From contig CASFCL010000003.1 in the NCBI GenBank assembly GCA_949293255.1, positions 10,042 to 74,041 on the forward strand: DNA of 64,000 nucleotides, read 5' to 3'. Of this stretch, positions 41,027 to 51,288 are shown one piece after another. Position numbers and translations under genes: made by a program. Each line of letters opens with the position of its first letter. Position 1 is the stretch's first letter. The notes beneath the pieces were generated by a model. The model ran no database searches. It was not told the origin of the DNA and saw only the letters and a program-made list of their open reading frames with translations. The stretch comes from an uncultured bacterium (lineage in GTDB: Bacteria > Bacillota_I > Bacilli_A > RFN20 > CAG-826).

Positions 41027-41681
41027 TGATATAAAATCAAACGAAACTTTAAAAAAATACATGGATCTTGTTTTAAAAGAAAATGAGGTCATGAATTTAA
41101 CTTCGATTACTGATGAAGAAGAGTTTTATGATAAGCATTTTTATGACTCTCTTTTTGTTATCGATTCATTTGATTTCAAAAATAAAGTTGTTATGGATTT
41201 AGGAAGCGGAGCTGGATTTCCAGGAATTCCACTTGCAATTGTTTTAAAAGATACGACTTTTTATTTAGTTGAACCAATGACAAAAAGATGTAATTTTTTA
41301 AATAAAGTTGTTCAAGAATTAGATTTAAAAAATGTAATCGTTGTTAATAAAAGAGCAGAAGATTTAGATGATAGTTTTATTGAAAAATTTGATTTTATAA
41401 CCTCTAGAGCAGTATCAAAATTAAATATCTTACTTGAATTATCTGCTAAATTTTTAAAAATTGGTGGGAACATGATTTTTTTAAAAGGATTAAAGTATCA
41501 AGAAGAGGTTGAACAATCAAAAAATGCCTTCAAAATATTAAATTTAAATTATATTAAGACTTTAGAAGCAACCCTTCCATTTTCAAAAGAAACAAGATTT
41601 TATATAATTGTTAAAAAGTTAGGGAAAACCAATCCACAATATCCACGTCCTTATCAAAAAATTAAAAAGAAACCATTATAA
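41016..41681 (+). CDS. rsmG: 16S rRNA m7G527 methyltransferase RsmG
   Basis: HFYDSL, DLGSGAGFPG, TSRAV. Confidence 0.95.
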   Translation: MTINDIKSNETLKKYMDLVLKENEVMNLTSITDEEEFYDKHFYDSLFVIDSFDFKNKVVMDLGSGAGFPGIPLAIVLKDTTFYLVEPMTKRCNFLNKVVQELDLKNVIVVNKRAEDLDDSFIEKFDFITSRAVSKLNILLELSAKFLKIGGNMIFLKGLKYQEEVEQSKNAFKILNLNYIKTLEATLPFSKETRFYIIVKKLGKTNPQYPRPYQKIKKKPL

Positions 41682-41684
41682 GAT

Positions 41685-42449
41685 ATGAAAATTATTGCAA
41701 TCGCTAATCAAAAAGGCGGTGTAGGAAAAACTACGACCGCAATCAACCTTGCAGCCGGTTTAGAAATGATGAAAAGAAAGGTTCTTCTCATCGATTTAGA
41801 CCCTCAAGGTAATTCATCAAGAGGTTTAGGTCTTGATATTTCTTTGATCAACAAGAATATTTTTGATGCTTTAATTTTAGATACAGATGTAAATAAAGTT
41901 ATTAAAAAAACAATGTTAAAAAACCTCGATTTAATTCCTGCTAACTTAAAATTATCAAACTTAGAAAGTGAGATTAATCAAAAAAGTTTAACTCCTTTTT
42001 TAACTTTGAAAAATTGTATTAAAAATATTAAGAAAAGTTACGATTACATCTTAATTGATTGTCCTCCTTCTTTAGGAATTTTATGTATTAATGCTTTAAG
42101 TGCAGCAACTTCTGTATTAATTCCTGTTCAATGTGAATTTTTTGCTCTTGAAGCAGTTGCTCAAATGCTTGCAACAATCTCAAATGTTCAAAAAGATTAC
42201 AATCAAAGTTTAGAAATCGAAGGATTTTTATTAACAATGTTTGAACCTCGTTCTCAACTTGGAGTTGAAGTAGTGAATCAAGTTAGAGAATTATTTAGAG
42301 AAAATACTTTTGCAGTTCAAATTCCTAGAAACATATCCTTAAGTGAAGCAAGTGCTAAAGGTTTACCTGCGCTTTTATATAGACCAAATAGTGCTGGAAG
42401 TATAGCTTATAAACAACTTGCAAAAGAGGTTATTGAGAATGAAAAATAA
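41685..42449 (+). CDS. parA: ParA/Soj ATPase
   Basis: [24 protein letters not shown]. Confidence 0.95.
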   Translation: MKIIAIANQKGGVGKTTTAINLAAGLEMMKRKVLLIDLDPQGNSSRGLGLDISLINKNIFDALILDTDVNKVIKKTMLKNLDLIPANLKLSNLESEINQKSLTPFLTLKNCIKNIKKSYDYILIDCPPSLGILCINALSAATSVLIPVQCEFFALEAVAQMLATISNVQKDYNQSLEIEGFLLTMFEPRSQLGVEVVNQVRELFRENTFAVQIPRNISLSEASAKGLPALLYRPNSAGSIAYKQLAKEVIENEK

Positions 42450-43260
42450 AGAAAAATTAATAACTTCTGATTTAAAAACTTTAATTAAAAGATATTCAAA
42501 AAACGACGTAATTTCTAATATTGAAAAGAATTACTCAAAAGACAACATAAAGTACATTTCTTCCGATTTAATCGAAGATAACCGCTTTTTAAAGAATATA
42601 AAAATTAATCAAAATGATTTAAAAGATGTCGCAGATTCTTTAAAAGAAAATGGTTTTTATAATCCTTTAATTGTTAGAACAATAGAAGAGGATAAATTTG
42701 AAGTAATTTTAGGAAGAAAAAGATTTTTATCAACAAGTTTAATTGGAAAAATGGATATCCCAGTAATCGTTACAAAATTTAACGATGAAGAAGTTTTATT
42801 AACTTTACTTGCTGATTGTAGAGAAAGAAGAAATGTTAGTGCTTATGAAACAGCAGTAATTTTAGATAGATTGATTCATGATTATAAATATAAAAGCAAG
42901 GACCTTGCTCTAATTTTAGATCAATCTCCATCTCAAGTTTCTAACCTAATTTGTATCTTAAATTTACCAAAATATATTCTTGATGATTTAAGTTACAATA
43001 AAATTAGTTATGGTCATGCAAAATGCATTGCTCGACTTGAACCTAATTTAATTGATGAAACCTATACAAAAATCATTGATGAAAAGATGAGTGTTAGAGA
43101 ACTTGAAGATTATGTAAATTCTTTGAAAACTACAAAAAAAGTTGAAAATTGCAGCGTTTTTATAAAAAATAACAAGATTATTATCAAAGTAAATAACGAA
43201 GATTTACTTGAAGAAGTTGAAAAAGATATTAAAAATTATATTAATTTAAAGAATAAGTGA
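42439..43260 (+). CDS. parB: ParB/Spo0J family protein
   Basis: SLKENG..NPLIVR, HTH, ISYGHAK, SVRELE; follows parA. Confidence 0.85.
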   Translation: MKNKEKLITSDLKTLIKRYSKNDVISNIEKNYSKDNIKYISSDLIEDNRFLKNIKINQNDLKDVADSLKENGFYNPLIVRTIEEDKFEVILGRKRFLSTSLIGKMDIPVIVTKFNDEEVLLTLLADCRERRNVSAYETAVILDRLIHDYKYKSKDLALILDQSPSQVSNLICILNLPKYILDDLSYNKISYGHAKCIARLEPNLIDETYTKIIDEKMSVRELEDYVNSLKTTKKVENCSVFIKNNKIIIKVNNEDLLEEVEKDIKNYINLKNK

Positions 43261-43272
43261 TATAATTGTTTT

Positions 43273-43385
43273 GCTTCAGGGAGAGGTGTGATTCCTTACT
43301 GGTGGTATACTCCACGAAATCTATTTGAGATAGATTTGAATTAGTGAAATTCTAATAGCAACAGTTAAAGTCTGGATGAAAGAAG
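43273..43385 (+). ncRNA. FMN riboswitch (AT-rich variant)
   Basis: cttcagggagaggtgtgattccttactggtggt...gtgaaattc...acagttaaagtctggatgaaagaag matches the RFN consensus; upstream of ribU; TGnTATAAT at 43258. Confidence 0.9.
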
Positions 43386-43400
43386 TTAGTTTTTTCCTTG

Positions 43401-43429
43401 AAGACCTATATTATCGGAGGTCTTTTTTT
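43401..43429 (+). terminator. Riboswitch expression-platform hairpin (terminator and RBS sequestering)
   Basis: aagacct/aggtctt stem with T-tract; overlaps the GGAG RBS. Confidence 0.7.
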
Positions 43430-44074
43430 ATGACAATTAACAAGAACAGGGTAATTCAAATTATTTCAGTTAGTGCGATATTTGGAGCCCTCGCAATTAT
43501 TCTATATTGCGTACCAATTTTTCAATTCTCGTTACCTTTTGCGCCATCTTTTTTAAAGATGCATTTTGATGAGATCCCAATTTTTATTGCTGGATTTGCT
43601 TATGGCCCAATTCCTGCAATTATTATCATCATTTTAAAAGCTTTATTTAAACTTATTCAAGATATTGGAGAAACAGGTGGAATAGGAGTTTTAGCAGATG
43701 TTATTTATACTTGTGCATTCGTCTTACCAGCGATATTTATTTATAAATTTAATAAAACTTTAAAAGGTGCACTTATTGGATTAGGTGTTTCATTAATTGT
43801 TCAATTATTATTTTCTTGTGTAGTTGGATTATATACAATCTATCCTCTTTATGGATTTTATTTTAATCCTCAAGCATCTTCTTATGATGATGCAATGGTT
43901 ACAATAGGAAGTTTATTTGGAGCATTGGATAATTCAATAACAACAGCTGCAGATCCAAAAGTTATGTATGAATTTTTACTTCCTTTCAACCTTATAAAAG
44001 ATGCAATTGTTATTGTTTTTGTAATTTTAACTTATAAACCATTAAGTATTTATATTGAAAGAAGGCAAAAATAA
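43430..44074 (+). CDS. ribU: ECF riboflavin transporter S component RibU
   Basis: FLKMHFDEIP..IAGFAYGP, LPFNLIK; FMN riboswitch upstream. Confidence 0.88.
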   Translation: MTINKNRVIQIISVSAIFGALAIILYCVPIFQFSLPFAPSFLKMHFDEIPIFIAGFAYGPIPAIIIIILKALFKLIQDIGETGGIGVLADVIYTCAFVLPAIFIYKFNKTLKGALIGLGVSLIVQLLFSCVVGLYTIYPLYGFYFNPQASSYDDAMVTIGSLFGALDNSITTAADPKVMYEFLLPFNLIKDAIVIVFVILTYKPLSIYIERRQK

Positions 44075-44095
44075 AAGTCTCAGACGAGACTTTTA
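44075..44095. terminator. Bidirectional terminator
   Basis: aaagtctc-agac-gagacttt between convergent genes. Confidence 0.65.
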
Positions 44096-44115
44096 AGTTT
44101 GTTTTTTTTGGTTAA

Positions 44116-44307
44116 TTATTTTGAAATTGCACCGACTGGGCATGTTGCAACTACTTCATCAGCACTTGCTTCATCGATGTCATCGATGACAGTTGCTTTA
44201 CCTTCATCATTGAAAGCAAAAGCAGTTGAATATGAACCTACACAAAGTCCGCATCCGATGCATGTATCAGCATCAACAGTTAATCTTACCATTTTTAGTT
44301 CCTCCAA
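44116..44307 (-). CDS. Ferredoxin (single cluster)
   Basis: CIGCGLC and CPVGAI. Confidence 0.9.
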   Translation of the reverse strand: MEELKMVRLTVDADTCIGCGLCVGSYSTAFAFNDEGKATVIDDIDEASADEVVATCPVGAISK

Positions 44308-44390
44308 ACGTATTTATATTATACTTTTTAATTATTCTTTTTCAATATCTTTAATGAATATTAAAGGGGATTTATGATAATATATTTAAC

Positions 44391-44690
44391 ATGAGTAGGA
44401 AATCAAAATTAACTAGAATGGAATTATATAAAGAATATCGTAAGAGTATTCAAAAGTATGATTTTATCGATATTAATGAAGATACAAAAATGGAAAAACC
44501 TACTTATGCAAGAAGAGTTTTTAAGATTGATAGCAAAAGAAATCGAAAAGTAAAAAAAGTTGAAGACAATATTTACAAATCTTACATTAGAAAAAGAAGA
44601 GTTAATTTATTTCTTTATATACTTGCAAGTGTCTTACTTATCGGATTATTAGTTACAATTATCGTTATTTGTGGAGTTATTTATTTATGA
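44391..44690 (+). CDS. Small membrane-anchored hypothetical protein
   Basis: Basic N-terminus, C-terminal TM. Confidence 0.6.
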   Translation: MSRKSKLTRMELYKEYRKSIQKYDFIDINEDTKMEKPTYARRVFKIDSKRNRKVKKVEDNIYKSYIRKRRVNLFLYILASVLLIGLLVTIIVICGVIYL

Positions 44691-45364
44691 TCAAAAAGAA
44701 TATTTCAATCGCAATTGATGGCCCAAGTGCTAGCGGAAAATCAACAATCGCTAAAATTTTAGCTGAAAAACTTAATTTTATTTATATTGATACTGGTGCG
44801 ATGTATCGTGCTTTTACTTTGGGATGCATAAATAATGGAATCGATTGTACTAATGAAGAAGAATGCTGCAAATTAATTGGTAAAATCATGATTGGTTTTA
44901 ATGAAAAAAATCATGTAACTTTAAATGGCATAGATGTAGAAAAAGAAATTAGAGGCAACAAAGTTGCGGATAATGTTTCTTATATTGCTTCATATAAAGA
45001 TATTCGACTTGAATTAGTCAATCAACAAAGACTTTTAGCTCAAAATAATGATGTTGTAATGGATGGTAGAGACATTGGAACATATGTTTTACAAGATGCT
45101 GATGTTAAATTCTTCCAAATTGCTGATGTTGAAGAAAGAGCTAAAAGAAGATATAAAGAAAACTTAGAAAAAGGCATTGAAACCTCTTATGAAGAATGTT
45201 TAGAAAACCTTAAAAAACGTGATTATATCGACTCTCATAGAGAATTTTGTCCACTTAGACCAGCAAAAGATAGCATTGAAATTAATACAACTAATTTAGG
45301 TATAAATGAAGTAAGTGATATGCTTATTGCTTTACTTAAATCAAAAGGAATCGAAAGAAGATGA
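44687..45364 (+). CDS. cmk: Cytidylate kinase
   Basis: IDGPSASGKST, DTGAMYR, DGRDIGT. Confidence 0.95.
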   Translation: MIKKNISIAIDGPSASGKSTIAKILAEKLNFIYIDTGAMYRAFTLGCINNGIDCTNEEECCKLIGKIMIGFNEKNHVTLNGIDVEKEIRGNKVADNVSYIASYKDIRLELVNQQRLLAQNNDVVMDGRDIGTYVLQDADVKFFQIADVEERAKRRYKENLEKGIETSYEECLENLKKRDYIDSHREFCPLRPAKDSIEINTTNLGINEVSDMLIALLKSKGIERR

Positions 45365-46671
45365 AACAAAGTTTAGTTGCAATTGTCGGAGCACCTAGCG
45401 TAGGAAAATCTACAATTTTTAATCGAATTATTGGCGAAAGAAAGTCAATCATCGAAACTCAAAGAGGTGTTACAAGAGATAGAATTTATAGTAAGACAAG
45501 TTGGCTTACTAAGAATTTTAATGTTGTCGATACTGGTGGAATTGAACTTGAAAATCGTCCATTTCAAGAACAAATTAGAATGCAAGCTGAAATCGCAATT
45601 GATGAAGCTGACGTTATTGTTTTTGTAACTGATGGAAAATTAGGTTTAACAGATGATGATAATTTTATTGCTTCTATTTTATATAGATGTAATAAACCTA
45701 TCATTGTAGCAGTTAATAAAATTGATAGCGGTGAATTAAAAAACAATATTTATGAATTTTATTCACTTGGATTAGGTGGTCCAATTGCAGTAAGTGGAGT
45801 TCATGGTATTGGAATTGGTGATTTACTTGATGAAGTAATCAAAAATTTACCAAAAGAAAGTGAAGAAGAAGTAGAAGATGATGAAATTAAATTTTGTATC
45901 ATTGGAAGACCAAATGTTGGTAAATCATCTTTATATAATGCTTTATTAAATGAAACTAGAGTTATTGTTTCAAATATTGAAGGCACAACAAGAGATGCAA
46001 TTGATACTCACTTCATTCATGATGAGCAAAAATATTGCGTAATTGATACTGCTGGATTAAAAAAACGTGGAAAAATATATGAATCTATCGATAAATATGC
46101 AGCAATTAGATGCTTAAAAGCTATTGATGATTCTGATGTTGCTATTTTAGTAATCGATGGAGAAAAAGGTATAACTGAACAAGATAAACACGTTGTTGGT
46201 TATGCAATGGAATCGAAAAAAGCTATTATTATTTGTGTTAATAAATGGGATTTAGTTAAAAAAGATAACAATACAATGAATGAATTTACAAAACAAATTC
46301 GTGCACATTTTAAATTCTTAGATTATGTCCCTGTCGTTTATGTTAGTGCTTTAACTAAATCAAGAGTTAACAACTTATTCCCATTAATTGATCAAGTTTA
46401 TGAATCATATTGTTTTAAGATTCAAACCTCAACTTTAAATACCATTCTTCAAGAAGCTCAAATTATGAATGAAACACCTGAATTTAATGGTGGTAGATGT
46501 AAAATTTATTTTGGTCAACAAGTTGGAAGCAAACCTTTAACAATTGCTTTATTCTGTAATGATCCTGAATATATGCATTTTTCATATTTAAGATATTTAG
46601 AAAATAAAATTAGAGATTCATTTGAATTAATTGGTTCTCCCATTAACTTTGTTTTAAGGAAGAGAAAATAA
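45361..46671 (+). CDS. der: Ribosome biogenesis GTPase Der
   Basis: Two G domains: GAPSVGKS and GRPNVGKS; DTGG/DTAG; NKID/NKWD. Confidence 0.97.
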   Translation: MKQSLVAIVGAPSVGKSTIFNRIIGERKSIIETQRGVTRDRIYSKTSWLTKNFNVVDTGGIELENRPFQEQIRMQAEIAIDEADVIVFVTDGKLGLTDDDNFIASILYRCNKPIIVAVNKIDSGELKNNIYEFYSLGLGGPIAVSGVHGIGIGDLLDEVIKNLPKESEEEVEDDEIKFCIIGRPNVGKSSLYNALLNETRVIVSNIEGTTRDAIDTHFIHDEQKYCVIDTAGLKKRGKIYESIDKYAAIRCLKAIDDSDVAILVIDGEKGITEQDKHVVGYAMESKKAIIICVNKWDLVKKDNNTMNEFTKQIRAHFKFLDYVPVVYVSALTKSRVNNLFPLIDQVYESYCFKIQTSTLNTILQEAQIMNETPEFNGGRCKIYFGQQVGSKPLTIALFCNDPEYMHFSYLRYLENKIRDSFELIGSPINFVLRKRK

Positions 46672-46672
46672 T

Positions 46673-47677
46673 ATGAATTATGGTGTAATTGGTAGCGGAG
46701 CAATGGGTTTAGCACTTGCTAATGTTTTAGCAAATAATGATAAAAAAGTCTTTATTTATGGAAGAAACCCTGCAGAAGTTGAGGAAATTAATAAATTTCA
46801 TACAAATAAAAAGTATTTAAATGATACTAAACTTGATGAAAAAATTAAGGCAACTAATGATATAAAAGAAGTTATCGATTTTGCTGATTCTTTAATTATT
46901 GCCGTTCCAACTCCATCGGTTATCAGTGTTATAAAAGAGATAAATAAATATTTAAATAAACCTATTGTTATTATTAACGCTAGTAAAGGATTAGATATTA
47001 ATACTAATGAAGGAATGCAATCAGTCATTTATAAACATATTAATAAAGATTATTTATTAGGAATCATCTCCTTATTAGGACCTGGATTTGCTAAAGAAAT
47101 CATTGAAAAAAATATTACCTTAATTTGTGCAGTATCTGAAAATGAAGAAATTGCAAAAAAAGTTCAATTAGATTTTTCTAATGATTATTTTAGAGTTTAT
47201 CTTCTCGATGATATTAATGGTGCTGAAATTGGTTCAGCTATGAAAAACGCAATTGCTATTGCAAGTGGAATTTTAAAAGGTTTAGGGTATGGAGAAAATT
47301 CTAAAGCTGCATTAATTACTAGAGGGTTAATAGAAATTAATAAAGTTGGTAAAATTTTTAACTCAAAAGAATCAACATTTTTAGGATTAACTGGAGTTGG
47401 AGATTTAATTTTAACTTGTAATACTTTTGAATCTAGAAACTTTAAAGCAGGATATGAAATTGGTTTAAAAGATGATGCAAAAGAATTTTTAAATAACAAT
47501 AAAACGACAGTTGAAGGTATCTATACAATTAAAGTTATCTATGAAATTGCTAAGAAAAATAATCTAGATTTACCTATCATAGATGCCTTATACCAAGTTC
47601 TTTATTTATATGAAAAACCATCTCTAGTTGTAAAAAATGTAATGAATCGACCACTAAAGAAAGAACAAAAACAATAA
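46673..47677 (+). CDS. gpsA: NAD(P)H glycerol-3-phosphate dehydrogenase
   Basis: GSGAMG, KNAIAIASG, GVGDLILTC. Confidence 0.95.
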   Translation: MNYGVIGSGAMGLALANVLANNDKKVFIYGRNPAEVEEINKFHTNKKYLNDTKLDEKIKATNDIKEVIDFADSLIIAVPTPSVISVIKEINKYLNKPIVIINASKGLDINTNEGMQSVIYKHINKDYLLGIISLLGPGFAKEIIEKNITLICAVSENEEIAKKVQLDFSNDYFRVYLLDDINGAEIGSAMKNAIAIASGILKGLGYGENSKAALITRGLIEINKVGKIFNSKESTFLGLTGVGDLILTCNTFESRNFKAGYEIGLKDDAKEFLNNNKTTVEGIYTIKVIYEIAKKNNLDLPIIDALYQVLYLYEKPSLVVKNVMNRPLKKEQKQ

Positions 47678-47770
47678 AATGCGATATAATCGCATTTTTT
47701 TCTACTTTTTAGAGATTGCATAAAATCGTCCTATATGTTAACTTATAATCAAAGAAAGGGGCATAGACCA

Positions 47771-48043
47771 ATGAATAAACAAGAATTAGCAGTCGCTGTT
47801 GCAAACGAGTGCGAATTATTAAAAAAAGATGCTGAATTAGCAGTTGCAGCCGTTTTTGATCAAATTGCTAGAGCTCTCGAAGAGGGCGATACCGTTAAAA
47901 TTTCTGGTTTCGGAGTTTTTGCTGTTAAAACAAGACAAGCAAGAAATGGAACAGTTCCAGGAACATCACAAAAAATTGAAATTCCTGAAACTAAAACAGT
48001 TGGTTTTAAACCATCAAAATCCTTAAAGGAAGCTGTTAATTAA
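47771..48043 (+). CDS. hup: HU DNA-binding protein
   Basis: MNKQEL, ISGFGVF, FKPSKSLKEAVN. Confidence 0.95.
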   Translation: MNKQELAVAVANECELLKKDAELAVAAVFDQIARALEEGDTVKISGFGVFAVKTRQARNGTVPGTSQKIEIPETKTVGFKPSKSLKEAVN

Positions 48044-48065
48044 TCTTTTAGTTAATAATTATTTT

Positions 48066-48099
48066 AAAACCCACTTCAATAATTAAAAAAGTGGGTTTT
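48066..48099 (+). terminator. Rho-independent terminator
   Basis: aaaacccactt/aagtgggtttt. Confidence 0.7.
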
Positions 48100-48176
48100 A
48101 ATTTTGAAAATATATTTCTAAATTAGTATAAATCTTACTCAATAACTTGCCCTTTTATATGTTATAATCTACTAAC

Positions 48177-48797
48177 ATGAATGAGATTTTCGATTCCTTA
48201 AAAAAGATTTTTAATGATAACGGTTTTAGGCTTTATATGATAGGCTCTACAAGTAGAGATTACTTATTAAATAAAGAAATAACTGATTATGATTTTGTTA
48301 GTGATGCTACACCAAAAGAAGTTTCAAAATTTATCGCTGTAGACACAACTTTCTCAAAATATGGGATAACAAATTTTCATTTCAAAGGAATCAAAATTGA
48401 TTTAGCAACTTTAAGAAAAGAAACCAATTATGAAGATTATCGACATCCTAGTAAAATAGAATTTATTAAAGATATTAATATTGATTATCTTCGAAGAGAC
48501 TTTACAATTAATGCAATTTATATTGATGAAAACTATCAAATTATTGATCCATCTAAAGGAGTTATTGATTTAAAAAATAAAGTTCTTAAAATGATAGGAG
48601 ATCCATATAAAAGAATTAAAGAAGATCCTTTAAGAATATTAAGAGCAAAAAGATTTGAATTCGAATATAATTTAACTATTGAAGAAACTTTAAAAAAAGC
48701 TCTTAAAGAAAATGAATATTTATTAAAGGAATTAAATCCTGATAAAATTCATATGGAGTTATTAAAATTAGAAAAGATTAAAAAGGAGGAGAAGTAA
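48177..48797 (+). CDS. cca: Short CCA/polyA polymerase-family tRNA nucleotidyltransferase
   Basis: DYDFV, RRDFTINA, EDPLRILRA.RF. Confidence 0.8.
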   Translation: MNEIFDSLKKIFNDNGFRLYMIGSTSRDYLLNKEITDYDFVSDATPKEVSKFIAVDTTFSKYGITNFHFKGIKIDLATLRKETNYEDYRHPSKIEFIKDINIDYLRRDFTINAIYIDENYQIIDPSKGVIDLKNKVLKMIGDPYKRIKEDPLRILRAKRFEFEYNLTIEETLKKALKENEYLLKELNPDKIHMELLKLEKIKKEEK

Positions 48798-48798
48798 A

Positions 48799-49371
48799 AT
48801 GAATTTAGAAAGTAGTGCAGTAAATTTCTCATATTTATTATTAGATTATTATAAATCCTTAAATATTAAAGAAGATGAACTTGCAGTTATCTTAATGATT
48901 GACCATTTATTAGCATCAACTGATGATTTTATTACAACTGATTTACTTGCTATGAAAATGAATCTTGATGAAAGACGAATTGATGAAATTATGGCTAATC
49001 TTTTAAACAAAAAATATATTGAATTTGAATTAACTAAAGATAAAGCCCTCCTTACTTTAAATCCTTTAAAAAAGATTTTATATTCTTTCTTCAAACAATC
49101 AATTTTTACCCAAGAAGAACTTGATCAACAAGAAGGAATCGATCAAAAAAGAACTGAATATTTTGAAATGATAGAAGAGTTTTTTGGCAGAACTCTTTCT
49201 CCTTTTGAAATGTCGATTGTTGATGAATGGATTGCTCAAGATATCGATGAAGATATTGTTACAAATGCAATAAAAGATGCAATTAGATATGATAAAAAAT
49301 CAGTAAGAACTATCGATAAATACGTAATTTCTCGTCTTAAAAAAGAAGATAATTTAGGTAATGCAAAATAA
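48799..49371 (+). CDS. dnaD: DnaD-domain replication protein
   Basis: FGRTLSPFE; conserved dnaD-nth order. Confidence 0.8.
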   Translation: MNLESSAVNFSYLLLDYYKSLNIKEDELAVILMIDHLLASTDDFITTDLLAMKMNLDERRIDEIMANLLNKKYIEFELTKDKALLTLNPLKKILYSFFKQSIFTQEELDQQEGIDQKRTEYFEMIEEFFGRTLSPFEMSIVDEWIAQDIDEDIVTNAIKDAIRYDKKSVRTIDKYVISRLKKEDNLGNAK

Positions 49372-49993
49372 AGAAAAAATTAAATTAATTGAAGATTATT
49401 TTAATGAAATTCTTCCTCAAGCTGGATGTGAATTGACATATAGTAGCGACTATGGTCTTTTAATTGCAGTCATGTTATCAGCTCAATGCACTGATAAGAA
49501 AGTAAATAAAGTTACCCATGTTTTATTTTCTAAATACAAAACTTTAAAAGAACTTGATGAAGCTCCTTTAGAAGATATTGAAAGCATAATAAAGTTTTTA
49601 GGATTATATAAAAATAAAGCTAAAAATATTAAATTAATTACAAGAAGATTGATTAATTTTTATGATGGAAAAGTTCCATCAAGTAAAGAAGAACTCACTA
49701 CATTAGCAGGAGTAGGAAATAAAACAGCTAACGTAGTTCGAATTGAAATTTTTAAAGAACCTGAATTCCCTGTTGATACTCATGTTAAAAGAATCTCAAA
49801 TAGACTAGGGTTAGTTAATGAAGAAGATCCAGATAAAATTGAACAAATTTTAAGAAGAAAATTTCCTAAAGATAAATGGATTTTACTTCATCATCAAATG
49901 ATTCATTTTGGTAGATATTATTGTAAAGCAATGAATCCGATGTGTGAAAATTGTAAATTAAAAGGTATTTGCAAAGATTATAAAAATCACTAA
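49361..49993 (+). CDS. nth: Endonuclease III
   Basis: LSAQCTD, GVGNKTANV, VDTHV, C-terminal 4-Cys cluster. Confidence 0.95.
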   Translation: MQNKEKIKLIEDYFNEILPQAGCELTYSSDYGLLIAVMLSAQCTDKKVNKVTHVLFSKYKTLKELDEAPLEDIESIIKFLGLYKNKAKNIKLITRRLINFYDGKVPSSKEELTTLAGVGNKTANVVRIEIFKEPEFPVDTHVKRISNRLGLVNEEDPDKIEQILRRKFPKDKWILLHHQMIHFGRYYCKAMNPMCENCKLKGICKDYKNH

Positions 49994-50026
49994 TTTAAAG
50001 TAAAAACCCTGCAAAAACCTATTATT

Positions 50027-50566
50027 TTATAAATATTTAATATAATTAATTGGATATTTTATCGTTGGACGTATCTCTTTTACATATGTTTTAAAATAAG
50101 AAATTGGAATAGATTTAGAGAAATGGGTTTTTAAAAATTCATCATATTGTTCTATAGGTAAAAGATAGATTTTTTCTAATGTTGAAAAATAAATGATAAA
50201 AAAAGCAATGCCACCATGTTTTTTAATTTCTCTTAAATGACTGATTTGATATGACTTGATATTTAATAAAGGAAAAGAAGTTTTGGATTTAGTTTCTTTG
50301 GCTTCAAAATCAATATATTTTCCTTTATAAACTCCATAATAATCGGTAGTAGATTTCTTTTCATAAAAAGCTTTTGTTATTTCGTTATCTTTATTAACTC
50401 TAGCAACTTTTATAGGAGTTGGTCGTTTATAAATATAGGCGATATTATCTTTAATATAGTTTTCGTTTGTTCTATTAATTAAATCTTCTAAAGTCATTCC
50501 TCGATTTTTATAGGAATATGGGTTAGAGGTGATCACTAAATCTTCATCGATTTTAAATTCAGACAT
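50027..50566 (-). CDS. recU: Holliday junction resolvase RecU
   Basis: NRGMTLE, KRPTP, TTDYYGVYKG.YIDFEAKET. Confidence 0.95.
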   Translation of the reverse strand: MSEFKIDEDLVITSNPYSYKNRGMTLEDLINRTNENYIKDNIAYIYKRPTPIKVARVNKDNEITKAFYEKKSTTDYYGVYKGKYIDFEAKETKSKTSFPLLNIKSYQISHLREIKKHGGIAFFIIYFSTLEKIYLLPIEQYDEFLKTHFSKSIPISYFKTYVKEIRPTIKYPINYIKYL

Positions 50567-51285
50567 TAAATCTCCTCCTCAATATATTTAATAAGAACAC
50601 TTTCATCAACAGTTTTTCCTTTTTTGATGTCTCTTAAAATTTTTGCAAAAGGAGCTGGAAGTTTAGGATTTGAATATAAAACTTTAAGATATTGTTCTCT
50701 TAAAATTCCTCTTTCTTTTATAAAAGCTTTATATAAAAGCATTAAATTAATTGCATCATATTTAGGATCATGAAAATCACCGTTTGGTGTAACATTAAAA
50801 ACTCTTAATCCATCTCTTAAAGAAACAGTATGATTATGTTCATCTCTAACAAAATGAGAGACAATTTGAGAAAAATCAATATAGTTATGATAAATTTTTT
50901 GAATAAATGGTGTTTCGTTTATTAAATTTATGACACTAGAAGAATGAAGCATCTTTAAATCGAAGTTACCATAAGAAATAAATTTGATATTTTCTTCATT
51001 ACCAACATATTTTTCAAAGTTTTTAATTGCATCTAAAAAGTGGATGCCTTCTTTAGCTAATAAGTTATCATTTATTCCTGTTAAATCTTCAATATAACTT
51101 CCAACTATATCTTTTGCTTTGACAAAACATTTAAATGGTTTAGAAGTAGACTTAACCTGAAACTTATTATCTAATTGTACTTTTATAGCACCTATAGCAA
51201 TAATTTCTTGCGAAAATTGTGTCCCCTCAAAATCAAAGAAGACAACAACTCGAGAATCTTTTAAATATGGATTTAAGTATTTCAT
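50566..51285 (-). CDS. DEDDh 3'-5' exonuclease
   Basis: FDFEGT, LTGI, HDPKYDA. Confidence 0.8.
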   Translation of the reverse strand: MKYLNPYLKDSRVVVFFDFEGTQFSQEIIAIGAIKVQLDNKFQVKSTSKPFKCFVKAKDIVGSYIEDLTGINDNLLAKEGIHFLDAIKNFEKYVGNEENIKFISYGNFDLKMLHSSSVINLINETPFIQKIYHNYIDFSQIVSHFVRDEHNHTVSLRDGLRVFNVTPNGDFHDPKYDAINLMLLYKAFIKERGILREQYLKVLYSNPKLPAPFAKILRDIKKGKTVDESVLIKYIEEEI

Positions 51286-51288
51286 GCT

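Noticed and set aside
43376-43429. N-terminal extension of ribU in the ORF track
   Set aside because: It overlaps the riboswitch and its hairpin; the RBS supports ATG at 43430
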